A DNA stretch of 64,000 bases from Malacoraja senta (Eukaryota): assembly GCA_038087875.1 (NCBI GenBank), contig JAXLNO010000260.1:62001-126000 (forward strand), written 5' to 3'. Below are positions 49,827-60,497 of the stretch, piece after piece. The notes below the pieces were generated by a model that made no database searches, was not told the DNA's origin, and was given only the letters and a program-made list of their open reading frames with translations. How positions within the stretch are numbered: position 1 is the first letter of the stretch; each line of letters begins with the position of its first letter. A program made the translations under genes and the position numbers.

Positions 49827-50044
49827 TTAAAGAAGGAACTGCAGATGCTGGAAAATCGAAGGTACACAAAAATGCTGGAGAAACTCAGCGGGTGCAGCAG
49901 CATCTATGGAGCGAAGGAAATAGGTAACGTTTCGGGCCGAAACGAATCAGTCTGAAGAAGGGTTTCGGTCCGAAACGTTACCTATTTCCTTCGCTCCATA
50001 GATGCTGCTGCACCCGCTGAGTTTCTCCAGCATTTTTGTGTACC
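49827..50044. mobile_element. Young palindromic Penelope-like hammerhead repeat with 15-bp TSD
   Basis: TATAGCATTTGCTTG at 49812-49826 and 50045-50059; near-perfect ~80-bp inverted arms (49861-49943 / 49962-50044). Confidence 0.9.
49952..49979 (+). ncRNA. Putative minimal type I hammerhead ribozyme core
   Basis: CTGAAGA-A-GGG(TTTCGG)TCC-GAAAC-GTT. Confidence 0.55.
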
Positions 50045-50436
50045 TATAGCATTTGCTTGCTTTGTCTTACCTCAGTGTTCATTAATTTCTGGCACACAGC
50101 TTGTTTTTACAGATGCATCCACTTTTATTTTTATCCATGCTCTTCAGCTTTATCAGTAAACAACAACAGTAGTGGAAGGCCCACTGTAGATGTTGGTTCT
50201 ATTCTAAAAATCAGAGTTATTTGCCATCAAATAGGATCTAGGAAATATAACTGGACTGTTGTGACTATTTATGGATCTCACCAGACACAGTACTTGAAGC
50301 GGAAATCTACAATTATTTGATCAAATGATTTTACCATTAAATTGTGAATATTTTAATTTCTGTTCCTGAGAAATGGTTTTGATCTTGCTTCTTAGAAATA
50401 GAACAAAATTCCAAATGCTGCACGAGTCCATTTTGG

Positions 50437-50623
50437 AGATAGACACAAAATGCTGGAGTAACTCAGTGGCTCAGGCAGCATCTCCAGGGAGAAGGAATGG
50501 GTAATATTTGGGGTCAAGACCCGAAACGTCACCCATTCCTTCTCTCCAGAGATGCTGCCTGTCCCGCTGAGTTATTCCAGCATTTTGTGTCTGTCTTCGA
50601 TTTAAACCAGCAGTTCTTTCCTA
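50437..50623. mobile_element. Palindromic Penelope-like repeat with 16-bp TSD, centre collapsed
   Basis: CACG(A/T)GTCCATTTTGG at 50421-50436 and 50624-50639; keeps ACCCGAAACGTC but has lost CTGAnGA. Confidence 0.85.
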
Positions 50624-51852
50624 CACGTGTCCATTTTGGGTTCCCTAACTTTCTCCACTGTTTGTGTGCAGCTACAGCAACAACTAAATTTACCTTTTAT
50701 TTGGGACCATCCATACTTCCTTGAAATGCTCTCAGATGTCATATTTTCATGCATTTGATCATCTTTAGTTTAGTTTAGTTTATTATTTTGCGGTACAGTG
50801 ATGCCAGTCAATCAACATTTACTAAAGTTGTTATAAGAGCAGTTTTCATTCAATTTTATCTTGTCAGTGGTTAAAATATAATACCTGGCTCTGGTTTATT
50901 TGGCTCAGTTCTATGGAGTAAGTTACTGAAGTTTGTTTCCCAATCTTTCACGGTGATAACATTTTACATTTTACTGTTGGAGGAAAATGGGCGGTAGAAG
51001 CTGTTTCCCGTCGCACCCAAAATCCACTGATTTTGAATGGAAAGGAATATCATCAGGGAATGAATAACAGTTATTTAATTTAACTTTTCAATTCTACATA
51101 GTTTCACATTAAATTACATAAGTGGCCAGATCATAGAACGTGAGAACAAATTTGTCATGCAAGAAACCACCCTCTCTGTTTAGTTAGTTATGTTTAAGAT
51201 GTTCTTCTGCTCTGCATAATCGACAGATATTTGAACCTGTATTTTGACTGTAGTTGTATGTATAAACAAAGCCAATGCTCTACTGATAGAAATTGCAAAA
51301 GGATATTAAGTAAAGTACAGTTTGGAGACTTACATATGGGTGTTTCCGTAAATAAGGGTACTAACCTGGGACATGGGTAGCCAAATTTGAAAGTTATCAC
51401 ATCATAATGAAATACCACAGGAATAAAAATGGGCCTACCTATGATCATTTTGAGCTAATTTATGATCAAATTCAACCAAAATTTGATCAACATTTGACTC
51501 AAAATTTGAAAACAAATAAATAAATAACTTTTAACGAAACATATAAGACATATGGGACACTTACTGATTTCGAAGCTCCCTTACAAAATGTTGGCACCTA
51601 ACCCACCACGTGGCCCATAGTTTACGCCAGGGTCATTATAATCGCATTGTTTGAATTTATTTAAAAATCGCTACGAGTGCAAAAAAACAATTACAGCATT
51701 GATGACGTTAGATAATGGGAAGGACTACAGAATGACATCGCTAAAATAGGTGAGCAAACTAGATTTTTATTTCATGATTTTAAGTTCTATTCATTATTAA
51801 GTATTTCAATGGAAAGCGTAAACACAAAAAAAAACATTAAAAAGAAACAATA

Positions 51853-52217
51853 GTATCTGGACCTGGTAATGGGAGGTAAAATAAAAACAGACTTGGTTGG
51901 TAGTTCCTTCTCTATGAAGTATGTTATAAGAGTTATAATAGAGCGATTGTTCCTTCTTTCTTTCTCTTTCTTTTCTAGGGTCTATTTTCTAACTTTACTT
52001 CCTTCTCTAACTTCTTTTCTAAGGGGCTTTCTTTTCCCAACACTCTTTTGCACTTCACAACCTTTGCGCACTTTCTTTACTTTTCTTACTTCTTTCTTTT
52101 TCTTTCTTAAAGTTTAAAAAAGTGAAGCGGTACAAAAAATGTATTAATATATACGTGTTGTACATTACTGTAATCTACCGTACTTCTATTAAAAAAATTA
52201 TTTAAAAAATAAAAAAT
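51853..52217 (+). mobile_element. L1 3' UTR-only insertion with 14-bp TSD
   Basis: AAAAAGAAACAATA at 51839-51852 and 52218-52231; TT|AAAA site; pyrimidine-rich UTR and A-rich tail. Confidence 0.75.
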
Positions 52218-53226
52218 AAAAAGAAACAATAAATATAAGAATGGTTCACGCGTGACATATTTCACACGTGACCAAAGGAGCACCGTTACTCACGTTCTGC
52301 TGCAAAATCTTGGGACATCAGAAAAACGTCTAATCGGGTAATAAATGATATAAATCAAATCAGAATTTGGCTTATATAGAGTTATTTAATTGCAATTTAT
52401 ATAGTTATTTTTATTGCAAAATTAATGTAATCTTTCTGGTATAAATTAGCCTAAGGATTTGATGAAATCCTGCTTGAAAAATGTCACAAACAAAGGCAAG
52501 AAAAAACAGGGACATATCTGATATTTATCTTTGTAAAAACAGATTTATTTATTTTTGCTTCATCTTATAATTTTGGCTATACACCCTGAACTATACTATT
52601 AAAAATACAGGATATGAAACAATGGGAATATTACATAAAAACAGGAAAAAAAACTGGAAGTTTCTTCACCTTCAGTTTAACAAAAACACATATACATTCC
52701 TGGCTGCATGGACTAAATTGTGATCCCAGAGCAGTGCTCTATTTAACTTTGCTATGAAGTGCCATCTGTGATCAATGTAAAGTGAAAGGGCAGCTATACA
52801 AATTTACCTTTAATAAATAAACTTAATATGATGATTAAATTTTGGAAAACCCTTTATCATTAATAGGTAGAATAAACGCTATAAAAATGATTTTTCTACC
52901 ACAGTTACTATACCTATTTCAGTCTATACCAGTATATGTACCAAAATATTTTTTTTCTAAATTAAACTCTAATATTACAAATTTTGTTTGGGGCTATAAA
53001 TCACATAGAATTAAAAAAGAACACTTATGTAAACCAAAAGATGTCGGGGGACTTTCACTCCCGAATTTTCTGTATTACTATTGGGCAATACATATTAAGA
53101 ATATAATTTACTGGTTGGATAGTTCAACCCAACAGACAGAATGGATAAAAATGGAGAAAGAGGATTGTTACCCTTGTAATATAGGAACGATCCTCTTCTC
53201 CCCGAAAAAAATGAACAATACAATAT

Positions 53227-55333
53227 CAAGTCAAGTCAAGTGAGTTTATTGTCATGTGTCCCTGGTAGGACAATGAAATTCTTGCTTTGCTTGAGCACAA
53301 CAGAACATAGTAGGCATTTACTACAAGGCATTCTATAAATATATACACAATGGTCAATATACTGATAAAGTGCAAATAACAGTATTGGCTAGTAAAGTTC
53401 AGTGTTATGTCCGAGCCAGGTTTAATAGCCTGATGGCTGTGGGGAAGTAGCTGTTCCTGAACCTGGTCGTTGCAGTCTTCAGGCTCCTGTACCTTCTACC
53501 TGAAGGTAGTAGGGAGATGAGTGTGTGGCCAGGATGGTGTGGGTCCTTGATGATGCTGCCAGCCTTTTTGAGGCAGCGACTGTGGTAGATCCCCTCGATG
53601 GAAGGGAGGTCAGAGCCGATGATGGACTGGGCAGTGTTTACTACTTTTGGTAGTCTTTTCCTCTCCAGGGCACTCAAGTTGCCGAACCAAGCCACGATGC
53701 AACCGGTCAGCATGCTCTCTACTGTCCACCTGTAGAAGTTAGAGAGAGTCCTCCTTGACAAACCTACTCTCCGTAATCTTCTCAGGAAATAGAGGCGCTG
53801 ATGTGCTTTCTTAATAATGGCATCATTGTTCTCGGACCAGGAAAGATCTTCAGAGGTGTGCACGCCCAGGAATTTGAAGCTCTTGACCCTTTCAACCATC
53901 GACCCGTTGATATAAACGGGATGGTGGGTCCCCATCCTACTGCTTCCAAAGTCCACAATCAGTTCCTTGGTTTTGCTGGTGTTGAGGGCCAGGTTGTTGT
54001 GCTGGCACCATATGGACAGTTGCTCGATCTCTCTTCTATACTCTGACTCATCCCCATCAGTGATACGTCCCACAACAGTGGTGTCATCAGCGAACTTGAT
54101 GATGGAGTTCGCACTATGTCCGGCTACGCAGTCATGAGTATAGAGTGAGTACAGCAGGGGACTGAGCACGCAGCCTTGAGGTGCTCCCGTGCTAATTGTT
54201 ATCGAGTCTGACACATTTCCACCAATACGAACAGACTGTGGTCTGAGAGTGAGGAAGTCGATGATCCAATTGCAGAGGGATGCGCAGAGACCCAGTTCTG
54301 CGAGTTTGGTAACCAGCTTGGAGGGGATGATTGTGTTAAATGCTGAGCTGTAATCGATGAATAACAGCCTGACATATGAGTTTTTGTTGTCCAAGTGGTC
54401 CAGAGCGGAGTGGAGGGCCAGCGAGATCGCATCCACCGTTGATCTGTTGTGGCGGTAAGCGAACTGCAGTGGGTCCAGGTTTTTGTCGAGGTAGGAGTTG
54501 ATCTGCGTCATGATCAACCTCTCAAAGCACTTCATCACCACAGGCGTTAGTGCCACAGGTCGATAGTCATTGAGGCACGTTACCTTACTCTTCTTGGGCA
54601 CTGGTATAATTGATGCCCTTTTGAAGCAGGTGGGGACCTCAGACCTCAGAAGTGAGAGGTTGAAAATGTCTGTAAAAACTCCAGCCAGTTGGTTCGCACA
54701 GGTTTTTAGAACGCGACCAGGTATACCATCAGGTCCAGGCGCTTTTCGAGGGTTCACCCCTCTGAAGGATTTCCTGACATCGGCCTCTGTGACTGAGACT
54801 GAAATACCATCACAGCGAATGGGGGCTCGGCAAGGCACATCAGTGTTCTCCCTATCAAAGCGTGCGTAAAATGCATTGAGCTCATCAGGGAGTGATGTTT
54901 CGCCGACATTCGAGCTGCCTCCTGATTTCGCCTTGTAAGAGGTGATTGCATTCAGGCCCTGCCACAGCCGCCGAACATCAGTCTCTTCCTCCAGTTTGGA
55001 GCAGAAGTCCCTTTTGGCCTTTTTGATGGCCTTACCAAGGTCGTATCTGGACTCCTTGTAGGCCACTGTATCATCAGACATGAATGCCCGGTGTCTGGAC
55101 TTCAGAAGAGCGCGGATCTCAAAGTTCATCCAAGGTTTCTGATTGGGAAACACTCTGAAGGTTTTGGTGGGGATGCAGTCCTCCACACACTTCTTAATGA
55201 AGTCTGTGACGACTGTGGCCTATTCGTTCAGGTCTGTTGCCGAGTCCTTGAACATTGCCCAGTCTACAGACTCCAAACAGTCCTGGAGTTGTTCCTCTGC
55301 CCCCCCCCCGACCAGGTCTGTACTATCCTCACC
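53227..55333 (-). mobile_element. 5'-truncated, young Rex1/Babar LINE nested in L1
   Basis: (TCAAG)n tail at 53227; L1 sequence resumes at 55334 with TAT duplicated. Confidence 0.93.
53405..55186 (-). CDS. Rex1/Babar reverse transcriptase, 593-aa open frame (partial, endonuclease absent)
   Basis: FPNQKPW, KAPGPDGI, YRPVALT, LDPLQFAY, FIDYSSAFNT, GAPQGCVLSP, KFADD, KFLG, RFRNSYFPTAIRLLN. Confidence 0.88.
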   Translation of the reverse strand: MEDCIPTKTFRVFPNQKPWMNFEIRALLKSRHRAFMSDDTVAYKESRYDLGKAIKKAKRDFCSKLEEETDVRRLWQGLNAITSYKAKSGGSSNVGETSLPDELNAFYARFDRENTDVPCRAPIRCDGISVSVTEADVRKSFRGVNPRKAPGPDGIPGRVLKTCANQLAGVFTDIFNLSLLRSEVPTCFKRASIIPVPKKSKVTCLNDYRPVALTPVVMKCFERLIMTQINSYLDKNLDPLQFAYRHNRSTVDAISLALHSALDHLDNKNSYVRLLFIDYSSAFNTIIPSKLVTKLAELGLCASLCNWIIDFLTLRPQSVRIGGNVSDSITISTGAPQGCVLSPLLYSLYTHDCVAGHSANSIIKFADDTTVVGRITDGDESEYRREIEQLSIWCQHNNLALNTSKTKELIVDFGSSRMGTHHPVYINGSMVERVKSFKFLGVHTSEDLSWSENNDAIIKKAHQRLYFLRRLRRVGLSRRTLSNFYRWTVESMLTGCIVAWFGNLSALERKRLPKVVNTAQSIIGSDLPSIEGIYHSRCLKKAGSIIKDPHHPGHTLISLLPSGRRYRSLKTATTRFRNSYFPTAIRLLNLART

Positions 55334-58142
55334 TATATAAGAAGAACCCAATTATACAAGATACAATAAGAATATGGAAACAAATAAAATTATCCTTAAA
55401 ATGAAGAAACCTATCATTGTTAACGCCGATAGTGAATAATCCTTTATTTAAACCATCTATGATGGACAAAATATATAATCAATGGGAAGGTTTAAGAATT
55501 AAAAGGATCGGGGACATGTATGAAATGGGAGATTTACTATCATTTCAACAATTACAATTAAAATTTAAACTGAAAAACAATCATTATTTTAAATATTTTC
55601 AGATTTGCAATTTCTTGAAGACATATTTACAGGGATATCAAAAAATAATTCCTGATTTATTGGAAGAAGTAATGAATATTAAAGCTGATACACAAAAATT
55701 AATATCATATTTATATAATAGTATTTTAAATATAGATTTACCTGCGACTGAGGTAATTAGAGAAGAGTGGGAACGGGAATTAACGATAACAATTACGAAG
55801 GTTACATGGGAAAAGTATTTGACATATATTCACAAATGTTCGATTAATGTAAGACATAATCTAATTCAATTTAAAATTTTACATAGATTGTATTACTCAA
55901 AAATAAGATTAAATAAATTTTACCCAAATATATCCCCCACTTGCGATAAATGTTTAACCCAAGATGCAACTATAACACACTCTTTTGTTTCCTGTATAAA
56001 ACTTCATAGATTTTGGAGGTTTTTTTTGAAATATTCACAAAATTATTTAAGATAAAAATGGAACCTAATAGTGAATTGATTATATTTGGGGTAATGGAAG
56101 ATGGGAATAAACTGAATCCATCTCAAAAAATATTTTTTAATTATGGTTTAATAATAGCAAAAAATTAAGATTGACATTTTGGAAAAATACACCAATACCA
56201 ACGCTTAAAATGTGGATTGCAAGTATGTTGGACACCGCACAGCTTGAGGAAATGCGATTCCGCCTAATAGATAAATTTGACCAATTCACAACGAGTTGGT
56301 CTCCATTTGTCGTCTTTTTGGAATCATGTGGTGCAACACAATTGTAAAAGCTAACTCGTGACTGGGCGAGGGATGGTCAAGATTATAAATAAGATCTCCT
56401 TACTTCTTTTTTTCTTTCTCTTTCTTTTTCTTCTTTTATTTTATTTTTCCTATTTTCTATTTCTTAACTTTCTTCTTTCACTCTCTATTTTCCTTTTTCA
56501 CACACTATATATCTCACATTTTTCTATTTTTCATTATCTAACTTCTTTTTCTTTTTCTCCTTTATTATAAAAATAAGAAGCTGTACATAATATGCATTAT
56601 GAAAATATGATTGTATACAATTGTACTTCTAATAAAAATTAAAAAAATTAAAATAAATAAAATAAAAAATACAGGATATGAAACAATGGGAATATTACAT
56701 AAAAATAGGAAAAAAAACTGGAAGTTTCTTCACCTTCAGTTTAACAGAAACACATATACATTCCTGGCTGCATGGACTAAATTGTGATCCCAGAGCAGTG
56801 CTCTATTTAACTTTGCTATGAAGTGCCATCTGTGATCAATGTAAAGTGAAAGGGCAGCTATACAAATTTATGACCACTGTTGGTGAATTCTAATTTTCTG
56901 AGAGTGAGGTTTTCATTATTCTATTTCATGCTGTCTCACACATTATAGATTTCATCTGGAGATAAATTTAAATAAATGATTCCCTTATGAGTTTTTTCAA
57001 CCTGAACTTTTGCTTTAGTAGCTCAGAGGATAGCTTTTGAAAGCAAATATAGGATAAACTCCCCAGTCTCTGATCTTACGCATGGCTAACTAATACTTAA
57101 TGAAATTGGCCTAACATTGATAAGTCTAAAAGGTTAGTCATTTTCTGACTGAGAGGACATTTGATCAGTGAGGAATTCATAGAATATTGCAATCGACAGG
57201 AGCTTATAAGATGAGTGTAGGACACTTTTTTGGAGATCACTGCTTATCACTCAATCTTAAAGAGAGAGAAGTAGAGCTGTAAATACTATTGTGATTGTGG
57301 GGGTATTCATTTTTTCTGTATTGGTCGACAAAAGTTCTTCTCTGTAGGCCGAGACTTTGCGCTCTAAACAAAGTTGTAGATTCCAGCTTTAGTATGCATT
57401 GAAATGAGATGCTAATTATTGCGCATTTTGAGCTGATCACTTTTCACTGATAGGAGGTCAAATAATAAGGCAGGAACTTAAGCAGTCTTCTAAACTGGAT
57501 ATTTGAGCCTATTATAACTCACTGAAAATTAATTGTTAAGGTTAGTATAGTGCAATTATATATGACTATGGATGTTAGTCTCTTGAGAGAGTATGTCATA
57601 TAATATGCTCTAAGTGTGCTTGAAGATCCTGCAAAATTATTTTCTTTTCTTATTATTCAGATGTGCAATCTTTATCTGGCTAATTGGATAAGTTAATATT
57701 GTTATGGATTTCAGTGATCTAACTTTATAATTGTATCCATTGGATGAAACCAATATTTAAACAAAATAATGAACTGCTCCATACTCTAAAGAGCTAGGAC
57801 AGCAAGACCAAGGACAGTATTCAAAAAAGCAAAAGAGAATAGAATTTTGGAGAGGAAGCAAGACAGAGAGAGGAGGTTAAAAAAGTGAAAGGCATGGTTA
57901 AGGAAAATGAGAGAGGAGGAACAGAGAAGAGGTAAAGAGACAGGAAAAGACAAGAAAGTAGAAGATAACTAATTGAAAGTGAATCTGTGGAACAGTATCA
58001 AAAGCCTCCAGTTTTGTTGATTCTGGCATAAGCAAGCATCCTGTCTATTGATTCTTACATTGTCTTTTTAGAGTCCTCCAGGTGGACTTTCACCTTTAAC
58101 CCTCCAAGAATTACTTGGGTAAAGCATATAGGGAATAAACTG

Positions 58143-58362
58143 GAAACACAAGGAACTGCAGATGCTGGAATTTTGAGTGAAACATAAATTGCTGGGGTAA
58201 TTCAACAAATCAGGCAGCATCTCTGGAGGGAATGGACAGGCAAGGTTTTGGGTCAGGACCTATCTTCAGAATGAAGATGTGGTCCCAACCCAAAATGTCA
58301 TCTATCTATTCCCTGCAGAAATTCTGCCTGACTGCTGAATTACTCTAGCACTTGGTGTTTTA
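58143..58362. mobile_element. Older palindromic Penelope-like repeat
   Basis: AAGGAACTGCAGATGCTGG...CTTCAGAATGAAGATG...CCAAAATGTCATC...TTACTCTAGCAC. Confidence 0.7.
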
Positions 58363-58759
58363 CTTAAAATGAAATAACTTGACCAAGTGGACCAGTAACA
58401 GTCCAACCATTTCAGGGAGTGGCATTATTGAATTGGCATTATTTTCTGTAAAATGTTCCACTGACCATAACACCAATGAGAATCAACAGTATTCATCCCC
58501 AACCAGTCGCCCATTCTCAGTTGCCCCACTGCCTCTAAAAGAAGAAGGTAAGAGCAGAATGATAGCTCTTCCCAGAGGTGCTGCCTTAGCTCTATCTTAC
58601 TCATAACTCTACTTCATTTATTTACTCCATTGTTGCACATTAGTATTTTTATTGTAATACTTCAGATTGCACTGCAATCTTTGCATCATATTTCTGTTTT
58701 GCATCCATATGAACAAGGAATTTCATTGCTCCTTAATGTATATAATAAAATGTGATGGA

Positions 58760-59365
58760 AGACAAAATAAAAGTTCAATCTCTTCCCTTCTTTGTTCTCC
58801 TGCGGAAGGGGCCCTCGAGCCTTCCGTTGACGTGGCGATCTTACTCCCATACCCGGCAGTCGAGCCCTCCCCATCGGGGAGCTCAAGCTCCTGCATCGGG
58901 GAGGAATTTCAGTTCACCCGCGCCGGCGATCGGACCCTGGTTTGGGGCTGGTCAAACCTTCTGCGTCGTTGGAGCTCCTGACATCTACGGTCTCTACCCG
59001 AGTCTGCGAGCTCTCGATGGTAAAATTCGCAGGCCACGGTTGGAGCAATCCCAGGCAAGGGATCAGTTCCGATGGTAAGTCCACACCCCGCGCTGGGGCT
59101 CAAAGTCAGTCCCGAGCGAGGCCTCCAGCTCCACGATGTTAGACCGCAGTGTGACCGGAGATACGACCCGGTAAACAATCGCATCTCCAGCAGGGTGAGA
59201 GATTGAAAAAAATGTTTCCCCTGACCTCCTCCCCCTCCCCCTCCCCCACATAAAACAAACCAGAGAACATTTACACAAACTTTTAAAACACACTAAAAAT
59301 AACAAAAAAAGGTGAACAAACAGACAGACTGTTGGCGAGGCTACCAATCGTGCGGCGCCCCTGCT
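58760..59365 (-). mobile_element. GC-rich non-coding interspersed retroposon (family of 36122-36910)
   Basis: Internal blocks shared with 36300-36910. Confidence 0.6.
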
Positions 59366-59808
59366 GGTAAGAGAGAATAATGGGAACTGAAGGCCAGGTA
59401 GCATGGTAAAATCGCAGGAGAACATGCCAGGGGTGGGATTGAGATAACAGGACATCTGTGGGCTTGCATATTGTTAGCATTGAAGATCATGATGAATTAT
59501 TCTGCTGAAAAGATAAGTAATGATTATACATAAATGCGGCAAATTTTGTATTCTTGACAAGTTCTTCAGTATGACTAAAATCTTGCTTAATGCATGAATA
59601 AAATACTAGACTAGACCGTTGGGTCCCATGTTCACATGGGAGGGCTGGTCCCCCAACACAATATTCCACCTCTCCACCAATTCCAATATTGATGGCCAGT
59701 GGGGGTGGGGGGGGGGGGGGGGTTCTGGAGTCCTAGTATGGGTGTTGTGGGCCAAAGGGACTGGTTTCCAGAGGGGTAGTATGGACATTATGGGCTGAAT
59801 GGATTCTT

Positions 59809-60128
59809 GGGCTGGCAGCTCAGTCACTCAGACCTGGTGAGCTGGCATCTCAGTCACTCAGGCCTGGTGCGCTGGCAGCTCAGTTACTCAGGCCTGGTAG
59901 GCTGGCAGCTCAGTCAATCAGGCCTGGTGGGCTGGCAGCTCAGTCACTCAGGGCTGGTGGGCTGGCAGCTCAGTCACTCAGGGCTGCTGGGCTGGCAGCT
60001 CAGTCACTCGGGGCTGGTGGGCTGGCAGCTCAGTCACTCAGGGCTGGTGGATTGGCAGTTCAGTCACTCAGGGCTTGTGGGCTGGCAGCTCAGTCACTCA
60101 GGGCTGGTGGGCTGGCAGTTCACTCACA
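59809..60128. repeat. 30-bp minisatellite (~10.5 copies)
   Basis: GCTGGCAGCTCAGTCACTCAGGGCTGGTGG with an exact 30-nt period. Confidence 0.97.
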
Positions 60129-60144
60129 GCTATTCCTTGAAATA

Positions 60145-60497
60145 GCATTTCAGGCAGAGTGCAGGGCACCAAACTCAATTTCACAACGTTTCAGGCAGAA
60201 TGCAGGCTACCAAACTCAATTTCACAGCATTTCAGGTAGAGTGCAGGCCACCAAACTCAATTTCACAGCATTTCAGGCAGAGTGCAGGCCACCAAACTCA
60301 ATTTCACGGCATTTCATGTAGAATGCAGGCCACCAAACTCAATTTCACAGCATTTCAGGCAGTGCAGACCACCAAACTCAATTTCACAGCATTTCAGGCT
60401 GACTGCAGGCCACCAAACTCAATTTCACAGCATTTCAGGCCGAGTGCAGGCCACCAAACTCAATTCACAGCATTTCAAGCAGTGCATGGCACCAAAT
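60145..60497. repeat. 41-bp minisatellite (~8 copies)
   Basis: CCAAACTCAA at 60169, 60210, 60251 and onward. Confidence 0.95.

Larger units (their letters stand above)
52807..56664 (+). mobile_element. 5'-truncated L1 (same family as 30361-33356), interrupted by Rex1
   Basis: PLSLIGRINAIKM...KKMNNTI then YKKNPIIQDT...CDKC; similar 3' UTR and A-tail; contains stops and frameshifts. Confidence 0.93.

Noticed and set aside
49827..50044. Interpretation as a DNA-transposon MITE
   Set aside because: Arms are unequal, the termini are not inverted repeats of each other, TSD length varies from 10 to 16 bp among copies, and single-arm copies with TSDs exist.
51330..52600. Possible DNA transposon hosting the small L1 tail
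   Set aside because: Only a 6-bp GGGTGT/ACACCC terminal match; no convincing TIR or TSD.
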